From: an uncultured Clostridia bacterium
GTDB taxonomy: Bacteria; Bacillota; Clostridia; Christensenellales; Borkfalkiaceae
Length of the DNA: 64,000 nt
NCBI GenBank assembly: GCA_934249215.1
Contig: CAKQKN010000106.1
Coordinates: 1,662-65,661 of the forward strand
Reading direction: 5' to 3'
This document shows, one piece after another, positions 28,753 through 38,463 of the stretch; position 1 is the stretch's first letter; each line of letters begins with the position of its first letter. Under the pieces are notes generated by a model. It was not told the DNA's origin. It worked only from the letters and a program-made list of their open reading frames with translations, and searched no databases. The translations under genes and the position numbers were made by a program.

Positions 28753-29268
28753 ATGAAAAGTTCGAGGACGATCGCGCTGTCCGCCGTATCTGCGGCAATG
28801 GCCGTGGTTTTGCTCGTCGCCGGCGCGTATATCGAAGTTCTTGATCTGTCGTGCCTGTTTTTGGCAAGTCTTGCGCTCATGCTTCCGCTTGCAAAAGGCA
28901 GTCGGTTCGGCTCGTTTTTTGCCTTTCTCGCGAGCGCGATTCTCGGCTTCATCCTTTCGGGAATGCGTTTACAGATCATGTTGCCGTACGTTTTGTTTTT
29001 CGGTCTGCACCCCGTCGTGAACGATTTTTTCGAAAAGAAAAACGTAAACGCCGTCGTTGCGTACGCGATAAAAGCGGTATGGTTCATCGCGGCGATTTTT
29101 ATAGTGTATAAATTCACGACGTTTTTCGTCGTGGAAAACGAAACGATCAAAAATTATATCGTTCCGATCATAATAATAGGCGGCGCGGCGTTCTTTCTTC
29201 TGTACGACTCGGTTATGCGCCGCATGCAGAAATATCTCAACGCGCTGATCGCAAAGTTAAAGATCTGA
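28753..29268 (+). CDS. hypothetical polytopic membrane protein
   Basis: 171 aa with ~5 TM helices. Starts 1 nt after the previous stop. Confidence 0.55.
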   Translation: MKSSRTIALSAVSAAMAVVLLVAGAYIEVLDLSCLFLASLALMLPLAKGSRFGSFFAFLASAILGFILSGMRLQIMLPYVLFFGLHPVVNDFFEKKNVNAVVAYAIKAVWFIAAIFIVYKFTTFFVVENETIKNYIVPIIIIGGAAFFLLYDSVMRRMQKYLNALIAKLKI

Positions 29269-29314
29269 AGCGAATCGCCCGAAAACGGCGATAGCGATAC
29301 TTAAGGAATTTCCG

Positions 29315-30721
29315 ATGAAGAAAAACGACGTATTACAAGGAATTATCACCGGTTACGGTTCGGAGGGCGAGGGCGTCGTCAAAAGCGACGGCTTCGTCAT
29401 ATTTTTGCCCTTTGCGTTAAAAGGCGAAAAAGTCGAATTCAAAATTCTCAAAGTCGCAAAAAACGTCGCTTACGGCAAGCTTGAACGGATAATCGAAAAA
29501 TCGGACGAAAGAGTGGAACCGCAGTGTCCCGTTTTCGGAAAGTGCGGCGGTTGCAGGCTTCTTCATATGTCCTATCCCGCACAGCTCGAATACAAGCGCG
29601 GGCTGATCGCAAGTTCGCTTTCGAAAATCGCTTTTTGCGAAACGGAAGTTATGCCCACCGAACCGAGCGAGCCGAACGTCCGCTACCGCAACAAATTGCA
29701 ACTTCCTCTTCGCCGAGTCGGCGGAAGAAACGTCGTCGGCTTTTTCGCGCCCGACAGTCACAGGGTCGTCGAAACGAACGACTGTCTGATTCAAGGAAAA
29801 TGGTGCGTGTCTGCGATCTCCGCAATCAAGGAATACGCCGAAAAATTCGACGTTCAGTTTTACGACGAAAGTGCCGATAACGGACTTATAAAGCACCTTT
29901 TGGTGAAAAAGGTCGACGAATCTTTTCTTGTTTGTCTGGTCGCGAAAAAGGATAAAATACCTCATCCGACCGAACTTGCCGAATTTTTCATGTCGAAACT
30001 CGGAAGCCGGAATCTGACGCTTACTCTGAACGTAAATCCCCGTCGGACGAACGCCGTGCTCGGCGAAAAAACGATCGTACTGTACGGAAGCGGCGTCGTT
30101 TACGGCCGTCAGTTCGGAATAACTTACGGCGTCGGAACGGAAAGTTTTATTCAGGTCAACGACGACGTGAAACAAAAACTGTATCGCGACGCGCTCCTTG
30201 CCGCAATCGCGGAAAACCCCTCGCTCGTCGTCGACGCTTACTGCGGTAGCGGGCTTCTCACCGCGCTCCTTGCCGAAAAAGCGAAAAAAGTCGTCGGCGT
30301 GGAGATTGTTCGCGAAGCGGTGGACAACGCCGTGAGACTTGCCGAAATCAACGGAATCTCGAACGCCGAATTTATATGTGCCCCTTGCGAAGAAGTCTTG
30401 CCGAACGTGGTAAGACGCGCTGACGGCGACGCCGTCGTCGTGCTCGATCCTCCGCGTAAAGGTGTCGATAAACGATTTATAGCGGCACTTTTGTCGTCGA
30501 AGATCAAAAAAATCGTCTATATCTCGTGCAACCACGCAACGCTTGCGCGCGACGTCGGATTGCTTACGGAAAAACTCGTTTACGACGGAAACGCGCTCGT
30601 CAAAAACGTCGAAGAAACCGCGCCGCGGTCTGGGGTTTTTACGGTCGAGTCTGTGAAAGGTTACGACATGTTCGCCGGTTGCACGGGTGTGGAAACTCTC
30701 TGCGTTCTCGTCCGCTCGTAA
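29315..30721 (+). CDS. TRAM-domain RNA (uracil-5-)-methyltransferase (RumA/RlmD family)
   Basis: 468 aa. N-terminal TRAM, Fe-S Cys cluster CPVFGKCGGCRLLH, SAM-MTase motifs DAYCGSG and VLDPPRKG. Confidence 0.85.
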   Translation: MKKNDVLQGIITGYGSEGEGVVKSDGFVIFLPFALKGEKVEFKILKVAKNVAYGKLERIIEKSDERVEPQCPVFGKCGGCRLLHMSYPAQLEYKRGLIASSLSKIAFCETEVMPTEPSEPNVRYRNKLQLPLRRVGGRNVVGFFAPDSHRVVETNDCLIQGKWCVSAISAIKEYAEKFDVQFYDESADNGLIKHLLVKKVDESFLVCLVAKKDKIPHPTELAEFFMSKLGSRNLTLTLNVNPRRTNAVLGEKTIVLYGSGVVYGRQFGITYGVGTESFIQVNDDVKQKLYRDALLAAIAENPSLVVDAYCGSGLLTALLAEKAKKVVGVEIVREAVDNAVRLAEINGISNAEFICAPCEEVLPNVVRRADGDAVVVLDPPRKGVDKRFIAALLSSKIKKIVYISCNHATLARDVGLLTEKLVYDGNALVKNVEETAPRSGVFTVESVKGYDMFAGCTGVETLCVLVRS

Positions 30722-30746
30722 TCCGAGTGTTTTATTCGTTGCGTTT

Positions 30747-30794
30747 TGCGGCGTCATCGCAATGCGGTGTCATTTCAATGCGGCGTCATCGCAA
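30747..30794 (+). repeat. 3 x 16-nt tandem repeat
   Basis: TGCGGCGTCATCGCAA / TGCGGTGTCATTTCAA / TGCGGCGTCATCGCAA, directly downstream of the methyltransferase gene. Confidence 0.85.
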
Positions 30795-30982
30795 AGCGTA
30801 GTCGTCTCGATATAGTCTGAACAAGTGCGCATTTGCACACGCGAACTCCTTACCGCGTGCAAGCGCATTTTTTTATCGGCGCTTTTTATTGTCATTCGCG
30901 ATAGTCGCGCTTACCGGCGCGTTTTTATCATTCGTTTTTTAGTTCGGCCGCAAATTTTTTTCGTTTAACGCCCGAAAAAAGG

Positions 30983-31011
30983 TTGCAATCGCTTTACGTA
31001 TATGATAAAAT
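30983..31011 (+). promoter_or_regulatory. sigma-70-like promoter of rpsB-tsf
   Basis: TTGCAA, a 17-nt spacer, TAAAAT, with a TGn extended -10. Confidence 0.6.
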
Positions 31012-31148
31012 GAAAACCGTTGTAAATTCACACTCGCATATCGGCGGTTTCGTGTCCCGAAATCCACTGAACGGGATAATGCCGCTCGCGCCGTGCTTTT
31101 TTCTGCGGAATACGGGTTATGCGGGGAGGAATTAACGGAGGTAAAAAA

Positions 31149-31967
31149 ATGGCAGTAACAAGCATGAAACAGCTTCTGGAAGCCGGCGTACATTTCGGTC
31201 ACCAGACGAGAAGATGGAACCCCAAAATGCGTAAATACATTTACGGCGAAAGAAACGGTATCCATATCATCGATCTTCAGATCACCGTCGGACTTATCGA
31301 AGAAGCTTACAAATTCGTCGTCGAAAGCGTAAAAGCGGGCAAGACCGTACTGTTCGTCGGAACGAAGAAACAGGCTCAGGAAGCGATTCAGCAGGAAGCC
31401 GAAAGATGCGGAATGTACTACGTCAATTCGAGATGGCTCGGCGGCACGCTGACCAACTTCAAGACCATCCGTTCGAGAGTCGAAAGACTTAACAAACTCG
31501 ACCAGATGGAAAAAATGGGCGATTTCGATCTTCTTCCCAAAAAGGAAGTAATCGCGCTCAAAGCCGAAAGAGATAAACTTCAGACCAACCTCGGCGGTAT
31601 CCGCGAAATGAGAAATCTCCCGGGTATCATGTTCGTCGTCGATCCCAACTGCGAAGACATCGCCGTCAAGGAAGCGAGAAAACTGAACATCCCCGTCGTC
31701 GCGATAACCGATACCAACTGCGATCCCGATATGGTTGACTACGTAATTTCCGGTAACGACGACGCTATCCGTGCGGTCAAACTTCTCTCTTCGATAATCG
31801 CCGATGCGGTAATCGAGGCTAAGCAGGGCGAAGACGCAGTCAGGCACGAAGCCGACGTAACCGATATGAGTGCGGTTGAAGTAACCGCCGAAGAAGTTGC
31901 TCGCGAAGACGCAGTTGCCGAAGAAGCGGTAGCCGCCGTCGAAGAAAAGAAAGAAAAGAACGACTGA
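31149..31967 (+). CDS. rpsB: 30S ribosomal protein S2
   Basis: 272 aa starting from the ATG at 31149 (GGAGG RBS). [22 protein letters not shown]. Acidic C-terminal tail. Confidence 0.95.
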   Translation: MAVTSMKQLLEAGVHFGHQTRRWNPKMRKYIYGERNGIHIIDLQITVGLIEEAYKFVVESVKAGKTVLFVGTKKQAQEAIQQEAERCGMYYVNSRWLGGTLTNFKTIRSRVERLNKLDQMEKMGDFDLLPKKEVIALKAERDKLQTNLGGIREMRNLPGIMFVVDPNCEDIAVKEARKLNIPVVAITDTNCDPDMVDYVISGNDDAIRAVKLLSSIIADAVIEAKQGEDAVRHEADVTDMSAVEVTAEEVAREDAVAEEAVAAVEEKKEKND

Positions 31968-31991
31968 TTGATATAAATAAGGAGAAAGGAT

Positions 31992-32651
31992 ATGAGTTTT
32001 ACAGCTAAAGACGTAATGACTCTGCGTCAGAGAACGGGCGCAGGAATGATGGATTGCAAGAACGCGCTTACCGAAACCAACGGCGACATGGAAAAGGCGG
32101 TCGACTATCTCCGCGAAAAAGGAATAGCCAAAGCCGCAAAGAAAGCGGGCAGAATCGCAGCCGAAGGTATCGTTGACAGCTACATTCATATGGGCGGAAA
32201 GGTCGGCGTACTTCTCGAAGTAAACTGTGAGACCGACTTCGTTGCACGCGGCGACCAGTTTAAAGCGCTCGTTCACGACATCGCAATGCACATTGCCGCA
32301 AGCAAGCCCGAATACCTTGCTCCCGAGGACGTTCCCGCCGAAGTTCTCGAGCACGAAAAAGACATTCTTCGCGCACAGGCAAGAGAAGAGGGCAAGCCCG
32401 AAGCCATCATCGAACGAATGGTTGAAGGAAGAATCAAATCTTACTACGAAGATAACTGCCTGCTCAATCAGAAGTTTGTCAAAGATACGTCCAAGACCAT
32501 CGGCGAGCTCGTAATCGAAGCCACCGCGCAGATCGGCGAAAAGATCGCCGTAAGAAGATTCGTTCGTTTTGAAATGGGCGAAGGTCTTGAAAAGAAGAAC
32601 GAAAACCTTGCCGACGAAGTTGCCGCACAGGTCGCTTCCGCAAAGAAGTAA
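31992..32651 (+). CDS. tsf: translation elongation factor Ts (short form)
   Basis: 219 aa. N-terminal UBA-like [30 protein letters not shown]. Confidence 0.93.
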   Translation: MSFTAKDVMTLRQRTGAGMMDCKNALTETNGDMEKAVDYLREKGIAKAAKKAGRIAAEGIVDSYIHMGGKVGVLLEVNCETDFVARGDQFKALVHDIAMHIAASKPEYLAPEDVPAEVLEHEKDILRAQAREEGKPEAIIERMVEGRIKSYYEDNCLLNQKFVKDTSKTIGELVIEATAQIGEKIAVRRFVRFEMGEGLEKKNENLADEVAAQVASAKK

Positions 32652-32702
32652 TTCTTAAAAACAATCGTCGCGGGAAACCGCAGATAAAATATGCAAACGA
32701 AT

Positions 32703-32736
32703 GGTTGTTGCAAACGCGGCAACCTTTTTATTTTTG
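32703..32736 (+). terminator. rho-independent terminator
   Basis: GGTTGTTGC-aaac-GCGGCAACC (two G-U pairs) followed by TTTTTATTTTT. Confidence 0.7.
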
Positions 32737-32893
32737 CGCATATTATAAAACGGCGCGCGACAAACCGACGATTGCTAAAACTGCGCTAAAAAAATCGGCG
32801 AACCCCGCGTTTAACGAGGAAACTCGAAGCGACTTTGAAAAGGTGAACAAAAAGCCGCTTTTTTGAAAAAGAAAACTAATTTTCGAAATAGTA

Positions 32894-32922
32894 TTGACTT
32901 AAGTGCTTTTTGATGATATAAT
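32894..32922 (+). promoter_or_regulatory. sigma-70-like promoter
   Basis: TTGACT, a 17-nt spacer, TATAAT. Confidence 0.65.
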
Positions 32923-33023
32923 GCAACGACAACGTAGGAAATACCTTGCGCGTTTTGCTTGTGCGCGGATTTTTTGCGAATACGAACGATATAAAACGAT
33001 ATAATTCGGAAGGAGGGGTTACT

Positions 33024-34457
33024 ATGAACGGTTTTTACGAACGTTTGCAAAGCGTTTCACCGGTTTCGGTGGTTATAATATCGATCGCGATAATACTTCT
33101 TTCGGGTTTTCTGATGACTCGGCTGACGAAACTTCTGAAACTTCCGAACGTAACCGCCTACATAGTTGCGGGTATTCTCATCGGTCCGTTTTGTATTAAC
33201 GCCGTTCCGAAAAGCGTCATCGAAGGTTCTGCGTTCATATCGGACGTCGCGCTTGCTTTCATCGCGTTCAGCGCGGGCGAGTTTTTCAGATTTTCGTCTT
33301 TCAAGGGCAAAGGCAAACAACTCGTAATAATAACATTGCTCGAAGCGCTCGTCGCTTCGCTCGTCGTGTTCATTCTGTTGTTCGTCATACTCGGGCTCGA
33401 TCTGAACTTTTCTCTCGTAATGTCGGCTCTTGCTTCCGCAACCGCTCCCGCGTCCACGCTCATGACCATTCGACAAACGAAAGCACGCGGCGATTTCGTC
33501 GATACACTCATATCGGTCGTTGCGCTCGACGACGTTGTGAGCTTGTTCGCTTTCAGCATAGCGATAGCGGTCGCAACTGCTTCGATTTCGGGCGCGGTCA
33601 GCGCAAGCACCGTGCTTCTTCCTCTTTTATATAACGTACTTTTGATCGCGCTCGGCGTTGGGCTCGGCTATCTTCTTTCCGTGCTTATGGCGAAGCGTTC
33701 GACGGACAATCGGCTCATCGTTTCTGTCGCATTGCTCTTCACCGTCTGCGGAGTAGGCGCGTCGCTCGGCGTGTCGCCCTTGCTCGCGTGCATGGTAATG
33801 GGTATGGTATATATCAACGTGTCCGGCGACGACAAACTGTTCAAACAACTGAACTATTTTTCCCCGCCGATACTGCTTATGTTCTTCGTGCGTTCGGGAA
33901 TGAATTTCAGCCTCGACACGCTGTTCGACGTTTCGTCGCGCGTTGCGGGCGTACCGCTGCTTCTCATCGGTTGTTTATATTTCATAATAAGAATAGCGGG
34001 CAAATATCTCGGCGCGTTCATCGGTTGTAAGATCTGCAAAAAACCGAAGAAAACGACGAATACGCTCGGCTTGGCTCTCATACCGCAGGCGGGCGTGGCG
34101 ATCGGGCTATCCGAACTCGCCGCAAGGACGATCGGCGGAACGCTCGGTCCCGTCATCCAGACGGTTATCATGTCATCGAGCATTCTTTACGAACTTATCG
34201 GCCCCGCAATGGCAAAACTCGCTTTGACCTTGTCCGGCTCGATCGGCGGCGGAGAAACTGTCGAAACCGTTCCCGCCGAACCCGAAAAGAGCGAACGCGA
34301 ACTTCTGATCGAAAAAATGAACGCCATTCAGCGCGAAATCGAACTGCATAACTACGCTCGTTCGGAGGAAGAAAAAGCGTTTGCCGACGCGGCGGAAGAA
34401 CCCTACGAAGGCGTTATCCCGGGCGAAAAAAACAGAAAATTCATAAACAGGCGATGA
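33024..34457 (+). CDS. cation:proton antiporter (CPA-type Na+/H+ exchanger family)
   Basis: 477 aa starting from the ATG at 33024 (GGAAGGAGG RBS). About 12 TM helices and a charged cytoplasmic tail. Confidence 0.75.
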   Translation: MNGFYERLQSVSPVSVVIISIAIILLSGFLMTRLTKLLKLPNVTAYIVAGILIGPFCINAVPKSVIEGSAFISDVALAFIAFSAGEFFRFSSFKGKGKQLVIITLLEALVASLVVFILLFVILGLDLNFSLVMSALASATAPASTLMTIRQTKARGDFVDTLISVVALDDVVSLFAFSIAIAVATASISGAVSASTVLLPLLYNVLLIALGVGLGYLLSVLMAKRSTDNRLIVSVALLFTVCGVGASLGVSPLLACMVMGMVYINVSGDDKLFKQLNYFSPPILLMFFVRSGMNFSLDTLFDVSSRVAGVPLLLIGCLYFIIRIAGKYLGAFIGCKICKKPKKTTNTLGLALIPQAGVAIGLSELAARTIGGTLGPVIQTVIMSSSILYELIGPAMAKLALTLSGSIGGGETVETVPAEPEKSERELLIEKMNAIQREIELHNYARSEEEKAFADAAEEPYEGVIPGEKNRKFINRR

Positions 34458-34483
34458 CCGCAATTTTCTTCGCCATATCGAGC

Positions 34484-34518
34484 AAAAAGTGTGATAATCG
34501 ACCTATATGGGGGCTTTT
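34484..34518 (-). repeat. dispersed REP-like element (copy G)
   Basis: The + strand reads aaaaaGTGTGATAATCGACCTATATGGGGGCTTTT, 27 nt after the antiporter stop. Confidence 0.8.
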
Positions 34519-34571
34519 CACCGAATGTTCCGCAAAAATACAAAATATTGCTGTGATAAGGAGATATAAAT

Positions 34572-35291
34572 ATGACTGATGCAATCGCAAAATTACTCGG
34601 GGATTGGTGCCTCGGGTTCAACGCCTTCGGCATACTGTTTAAACTCGCCCTCGCGACTCTTCTGTCCGCGATCGTCGGTTGCGAACGCGCAACCAAACGC
34701 CACGCCGCGGGGCTTCGTACGTTCATTCTCGTTTCCGTCATCTCGACGCTTGCCGCAATGATCGACGGCTACGTAATCGGCAAACTCGGCGCGTCTTTTT
34801 CGCTTGCGATCGGCGCGACGATAATCGGCATCGCGATTGTCAGTTCGAACACCATATTATATAGCTCCAAAAGCCAGCTGAAAGGTCTTACCACTTCGGT
34901 CGCGCTTTGGGCTATGTCCGTCATTTCGGTGCTTATCGGGCTCGATCTTTACGTTGCCGCGCTCATTTCGTTCGCGGCGTTCATGATCTGTCTGACGCTG
35001 TTCATAAAAATGGAATGCGCGTTCAAAAACCGTTCCGACCACTTCGAAATTCACCTCGAACTCAAAAACAAAAACTCGCTTCAGGACTTCATCACCACGG
35101 TGAGGAAACTCGGACTTAAGATCGACGATATCGAACTCAACGCCGCGTACATGAACTCCGGACTGTACGTATATTCGATCGCGCTCTCGATGGTCCGCGG
35201 CAAAGCCAAAAAAGACAGGCTCAATCACCGCGACTACGTGGAGGCTTTTTCGGGTCTCGAATACGTGAACTACGTCGAAGAACTCGACTGA
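34572..35291 (+). CDS. MgtC/SapB family membrane protein
   Basis: 239 aa. GCERATKRHAAGLRTFILV signature, 4-5 TM helices, and a C-terminal ACT-like soluble domain. Confidence 0.8.
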   Translation: MTDAIAKLLGDWCLGFNAFGILFKLALATLLSAIVGCERATKRHAAGLRTFILVSVISTLAAMIDGYVIGKLGASFSLAIGATIIGIAIVSSNTILYSSKSQLKGLTTSVALWAMSVISVLIGLDLYVAALISFAAFMICLTLFIKMECAFKNRSDHFEIHLELKNKNSLQDFITTVRKLGLKIDDIELNAAYMNSGLYVYSIALSMVRGKAKKDRLNHRDYVEAFSGLEYVNYVEELD

Positions 35292-35349
35292 CGCCCCCTT
35301 CGTCCGCTTTTTGCCGGTCAAAATAATATAAAGTCGTGCGTTCAATCGT

Positions 35350-35378
35350 TTGCAAACGCCGCACATAAGTGTTATAAT
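35350..35378 (+). promoter_or_regulatory. sigma-70-like promoter of tpiA-gpmI
   Basis: TTGCAA, a 17-nt spacer, TATAAT, with a TGt extended -10. Confidence 0.65.
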
Positions 35379-35410
35379 ATAAGCGAAAAAAACGATCAGG
35401 AGTGATTGAA

Positions 35411-36157
35411 ATGAGAAAGCCTATTATTGCAGGCAACTGGAAAATGAATAAAACTCCCTCGCAGGGAGCGACTCTTGTAAACGAGCTCAAACCGCTCGTC
35501 GAAAACGCGTCGTGCGACGTCGTCGTATGCGTTCCGGCAACCGATCTTTACGCTGTAGGCGAGGCTGTCAAGGGAAGTAACATTCACCTCGGCGCACAGA
35601 ACGTTCACTTTGCCGAAAGCGGCGCTTACACCGGCGAGATTTCCGCCGACCTGCTCTTGGAGCTCGGCGTCGAGTACGTCGTCATCGGCCACAGCGAACG
35701 TCGTCAATATTTCGGCGAAACGGACGAAACCGTAAATAAAAGAACTCTCACCGCGATTGCGAAAGGACTTATTCCTATCGTATGCATCGGCGAGACTCTC
35801 GAAGAAAGAGAAAGCGGAAAGACCGAAGAAGTTCTTCACCGTCAGATCGTCGAGGGACTTAAGGGCGTCGAAGATCTTACGAAGCTCGTCGTCGCTTACG
35901 AACCCGTCTGGGCTATCGGAACGGGCAAAACCGCAACCGCAGAGCAGGCTAACGAAACCATCGGCTACATCAGAAAGACTCTTGCCGAAAACTTCTGCGC
36001 CGACTGCGCTGCAAAAGTACGCATTCAATACGGCGGCAGCATGAAGGGTTCCAACGCGAAAGAGCTTATGGCACAGCCCGAAATCGACGGCGGTCTTATC
36101 GGCGGCGCGTCGCTCAAAGCTCCCGACTTTGCTCTTGTCGTAAACTACGATAAATAA
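35411..36157 (+). CDS. tpiA: triose-phosphate isomerase
   Basis: 248 aa starting from the ATG at 35411 (AGGAG 9 nt upstream). [28 protein letters not shown]. Confidence 0.95.
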   Translation: MRKPIIAGNWKMNKTPSQGATLVNELKPLVENASCDVVVCVPATDLYAVGEAVKGSNIHLGAQNVHFAESGAYTGEISADLLLELGVEYVVIGHSERRQYFGETDETVNKRTLTAIAKGLIPIVCIGETLEERESGKTEEVLHRQIVEGLKGVEDLTKLVVAYEPVWAIGTGKTATAEQANETIGYIRKTLAENFCADCAAKVRIQYGGSMKGSNAKELMAQPEIDGGLIGGASLKAPDFALVVNYDK

Positions 36158-36261
36158 TTTTAAAAATAAGCGCCTCGCGGATTTACGCGGGGCGTGCTTA
36201 AGTTAAAACGGAATTGTTTGAGTAAAACGGAATTATTACGGCGAACGGATTCCAATGGAGA

Positions 36262-37815
36262 ATGATTATGAAAATGAAAACGAGACCTGTATGTCTTTTT
36301 ATAATGGACGGATACGGAATCAACCCCGAAACCAAAGGCAACGCGATCAAAGCGGCAAACGCCGGCGTTATAGAGCGTCTTGAAGCGGAATATCCGCACA
36401 CCAAACTTTGCGCCAGCGGCGAAAACGTCGGTCTGCCGGAAGGTCAGATGGGCAACAGCGAGGTGGGGCACCTCAATATCGGCGCGGGCAGAATAATCCG
36501 TCAGGAACTTTCCCGCATAACCTACGAAATCGGCAACGGCGAATTTTTCACCAACCCCGCGCTCGTAAAAGTTATGGACGACGTGAAAAAGAACGGCAAA
36601 AAACTTCACTTATACGGTTTACTGTCTACCGGCGGCGTACACAGCCATATCACTCATCTATACGCGCTTTTGAAAATGGCGAAAGAACGCGGGCTCACCG
36701 AAGTTTACGTTCATTGCTTTATGGACGGTCGTGACGTATCTCCGACGAGCGGCGCGGGCTTCGTCGCCGAACTCGCTCAAAAAATGCAGGAAATCGGCGT
36801 AGGCGAGATCGCGTCTTTGTCCGGCAGATACTACGCTATGGACCGCGACAAAAACTGGGACAGACTTGAAAAAGCCTACGACATGCTCACCACGGGCGAG
36901 GGCGTAAAGGCAACCGATCCCGTTCAGGCGGTAAAGGACAGTTATGCCGCGGGCGTAACCGACGAGTTCATGCTTCCCACCAAAATATACAAGGACGGCA
37001 AACCTCTCGGCCTTATCGAATCGGGCGACGGAATCATATTCTTCAACTATCGTCCCGACAGAGCGCGTCAGATCACCCGTGCTTTCACGGAGAAAGATTT
37101 CGACAGTTTCGAGCGCAAAACGGGCTTTTTAAATCCCGAATACGTCTGCTTTACCGAATACGACGCGTCGCTTAAAAATCTGACGATAGCGTTCGGCAAA
37201 CAGCACTACGCCAACACGCTCAGCGAATATTTGTCCGACAAGGGCTACACGCAGTTAAAGATCGCCGAAACCGAAAAATACGCTCACGTAACGTTCTTCT
37301 TCAACGGCGGCGTGGAAGCGCCCAACAAAAACGAGGACAGAATACTCGTTCCGTCCCCGAAGGTCGCTACCTACGACCTGCAACCCGAAATGAGCGCTTA
37401 CGGCGTAACCGAAAAAGTTCTCGACGCGATCAACGGCGACAAATACGACGTAATCATATTGAACTATGCAAACTGCGATATGGTCGGGCACACCGGCGTG
37501 TTCGATGCCGCCGTCAAAGCCGTTCGCACCGTTGAGGAATGCATGGATAAAATCGTAACCGCCGTGCTGAAAAAGGGCGGCAGCGCGCTTATCACAGCCG
37601 ACCACGGAAACGCGGACAAGATGATCGACGAAAACGGCAAACCGTTCACCGCTCACACCACGAACCTCGTTCCGTTCATTCTCGTCAGCGAGCAGTTCAA
37701 GAACGTAAAATTAAGACCTCAGGGCATTCTTGCCGACATCGCCCCCACGATGCTCACCGTAATGGGCGAAGAGATTCCCGCCGAAATGACGGGCGAATCG
37801 CTTATCGAAAAATAA
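36262..37815 (+). CDS. gpmI: 2,3-bisphosphoglycerate-independent phosphoglycerate mutase
   Basis: About 515 aa. MDGYG, NSEVGHLNIGAGR, ADHGNAD. Three in-frame ATGs (36262, 36268, 36274) leave the start uncertain by a few codons. Confidence 0.93.
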   Translation: MIMKMKTRPVCLFIMDGYGINPETKGNAIKAANAGVIERLEAEYPHTKLCASGENVGLPEGQMGNSEVGHLNIGAGRIIRQELSRITYEIGNGEFFTNPALVKVMDDVKKNGKKLHLYGLLSTGGVHSHITHLYALLKMAKERGLTEVYVHCFMDGRDVSPTSGAGFVAELAQKMQEIGVGEIASLSGRYYAMDRDKNWDRLEKAYDMLTTGEGVKATDPVQAVKDSYAAGVTDEFMLPTKIYKDGKPLGLIESGDGIIFFNYRPDRARQITRAFTEKDFDSFERKTGFLNPEYVCFTEYDASLKNLTIAFGKQHYANTLSEYLSDKGYTQLKIAETEKYAHVTFFFNGGVEAPNKNEDRILVPSPKVATYDLQPEMSAYGVTEKVLDAINGDKYDVIILNYANCDMVGHTGVFDAAVKAVRTVEECMDKIVTAVLKKGGSALITADHGNADKMIDENGKPFTAHTTNLVPFILVSEQFKNVKLRPQGILADIAPTMLTVMGEEIPAEMTGESLIEK

Positions 37816-37987
37816 TCGCGCTCGAAAGAGACGAACGTTTTGCCCCCCAGAACCCGGACGGGAGCGGAAAAATGCGATTATTAGGGCGATTTTCGTGTAA
37901 AAAAGCGTGCGCCCGAGGCGCTTGATCGTCGAAAAAATATGATTTTGGTTTAAATAGCTAAAAAAATGCCAAAAACCGAAAAAACGC

Positions 37988-38016
37988 TTGAAATTATTCG
38001 ATAGCCATGCTATAAT
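37988..38016 (+). promoter_or_regulatory. sigma-70-like promoter of secG
   Basis: TTGAAA, a 17-nt spacer, TATAAT. Confidence 0.65.
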
Positions 38017-38061
38017 AATTCGGTAAAAAGATGAATGCGCTTTGCGCTGATGGAGAATGAA

Positions 38062-38364
38062 ATGTCTGCGATATTGAATGTTTTGGCAACTTCCGAAAAT
38101 TTTGTATTCGATTTATATAAAGGATTAAGTCTTGCTTGCGTTATCCTGTCCGTAATCTGTGCGGTTTTCGTAATCATCGTCGTTATGATTCAGCCGGGCA
38201 ACTCGAACGGAATAAGCGCGCTTGACGGATCGTCCGACACTTTCTACGGCAAGAACAAATCGAAAACCGTTGAAAGCAAGTTGAAAAAACTCACGGTTAT
38301 CTGCATAACCCTTATGACGATCTTTATGATCGCGTTCTACTTGATTTCGATCCTTTACAAATAA
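38062..38364 (+). CDS. secG: preprotein translocase subunit SecG
   Basis: 100 aa starting from the ATG at 38062 (an alternative start is 38035). Two TM helices flank MIQPGNSNGISALDGSS, a SecG-type Gly-rich loop. Confidence 0.8.
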   Translation: MSAILNVLATSENFVFDLYKGLSLACVILSVICAVFVIIVVMIQPGNSNGISALDGSSDTFYGKNKSKTVESKLKKLTVICITLMTIFMIAFYLISILYK

Positions 38365-38381
38365 GAATATAATAATCGAAA

Positions 38382-38413
38382 GCGGCTAATGTTTTGACTT
38401 AGCCGTTTTTTTT
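38382..38413 (+). terminator. rho-independent terminator
   Basis: CGGCTAA-tgttttgac-TTAGCCG followed by T8. Confidence 0.75.
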
Positions 38414-38463
38414 ATCCGATAAGGTTGACTATCGGGCGCACGTAATAAATATTATAATTGAGA

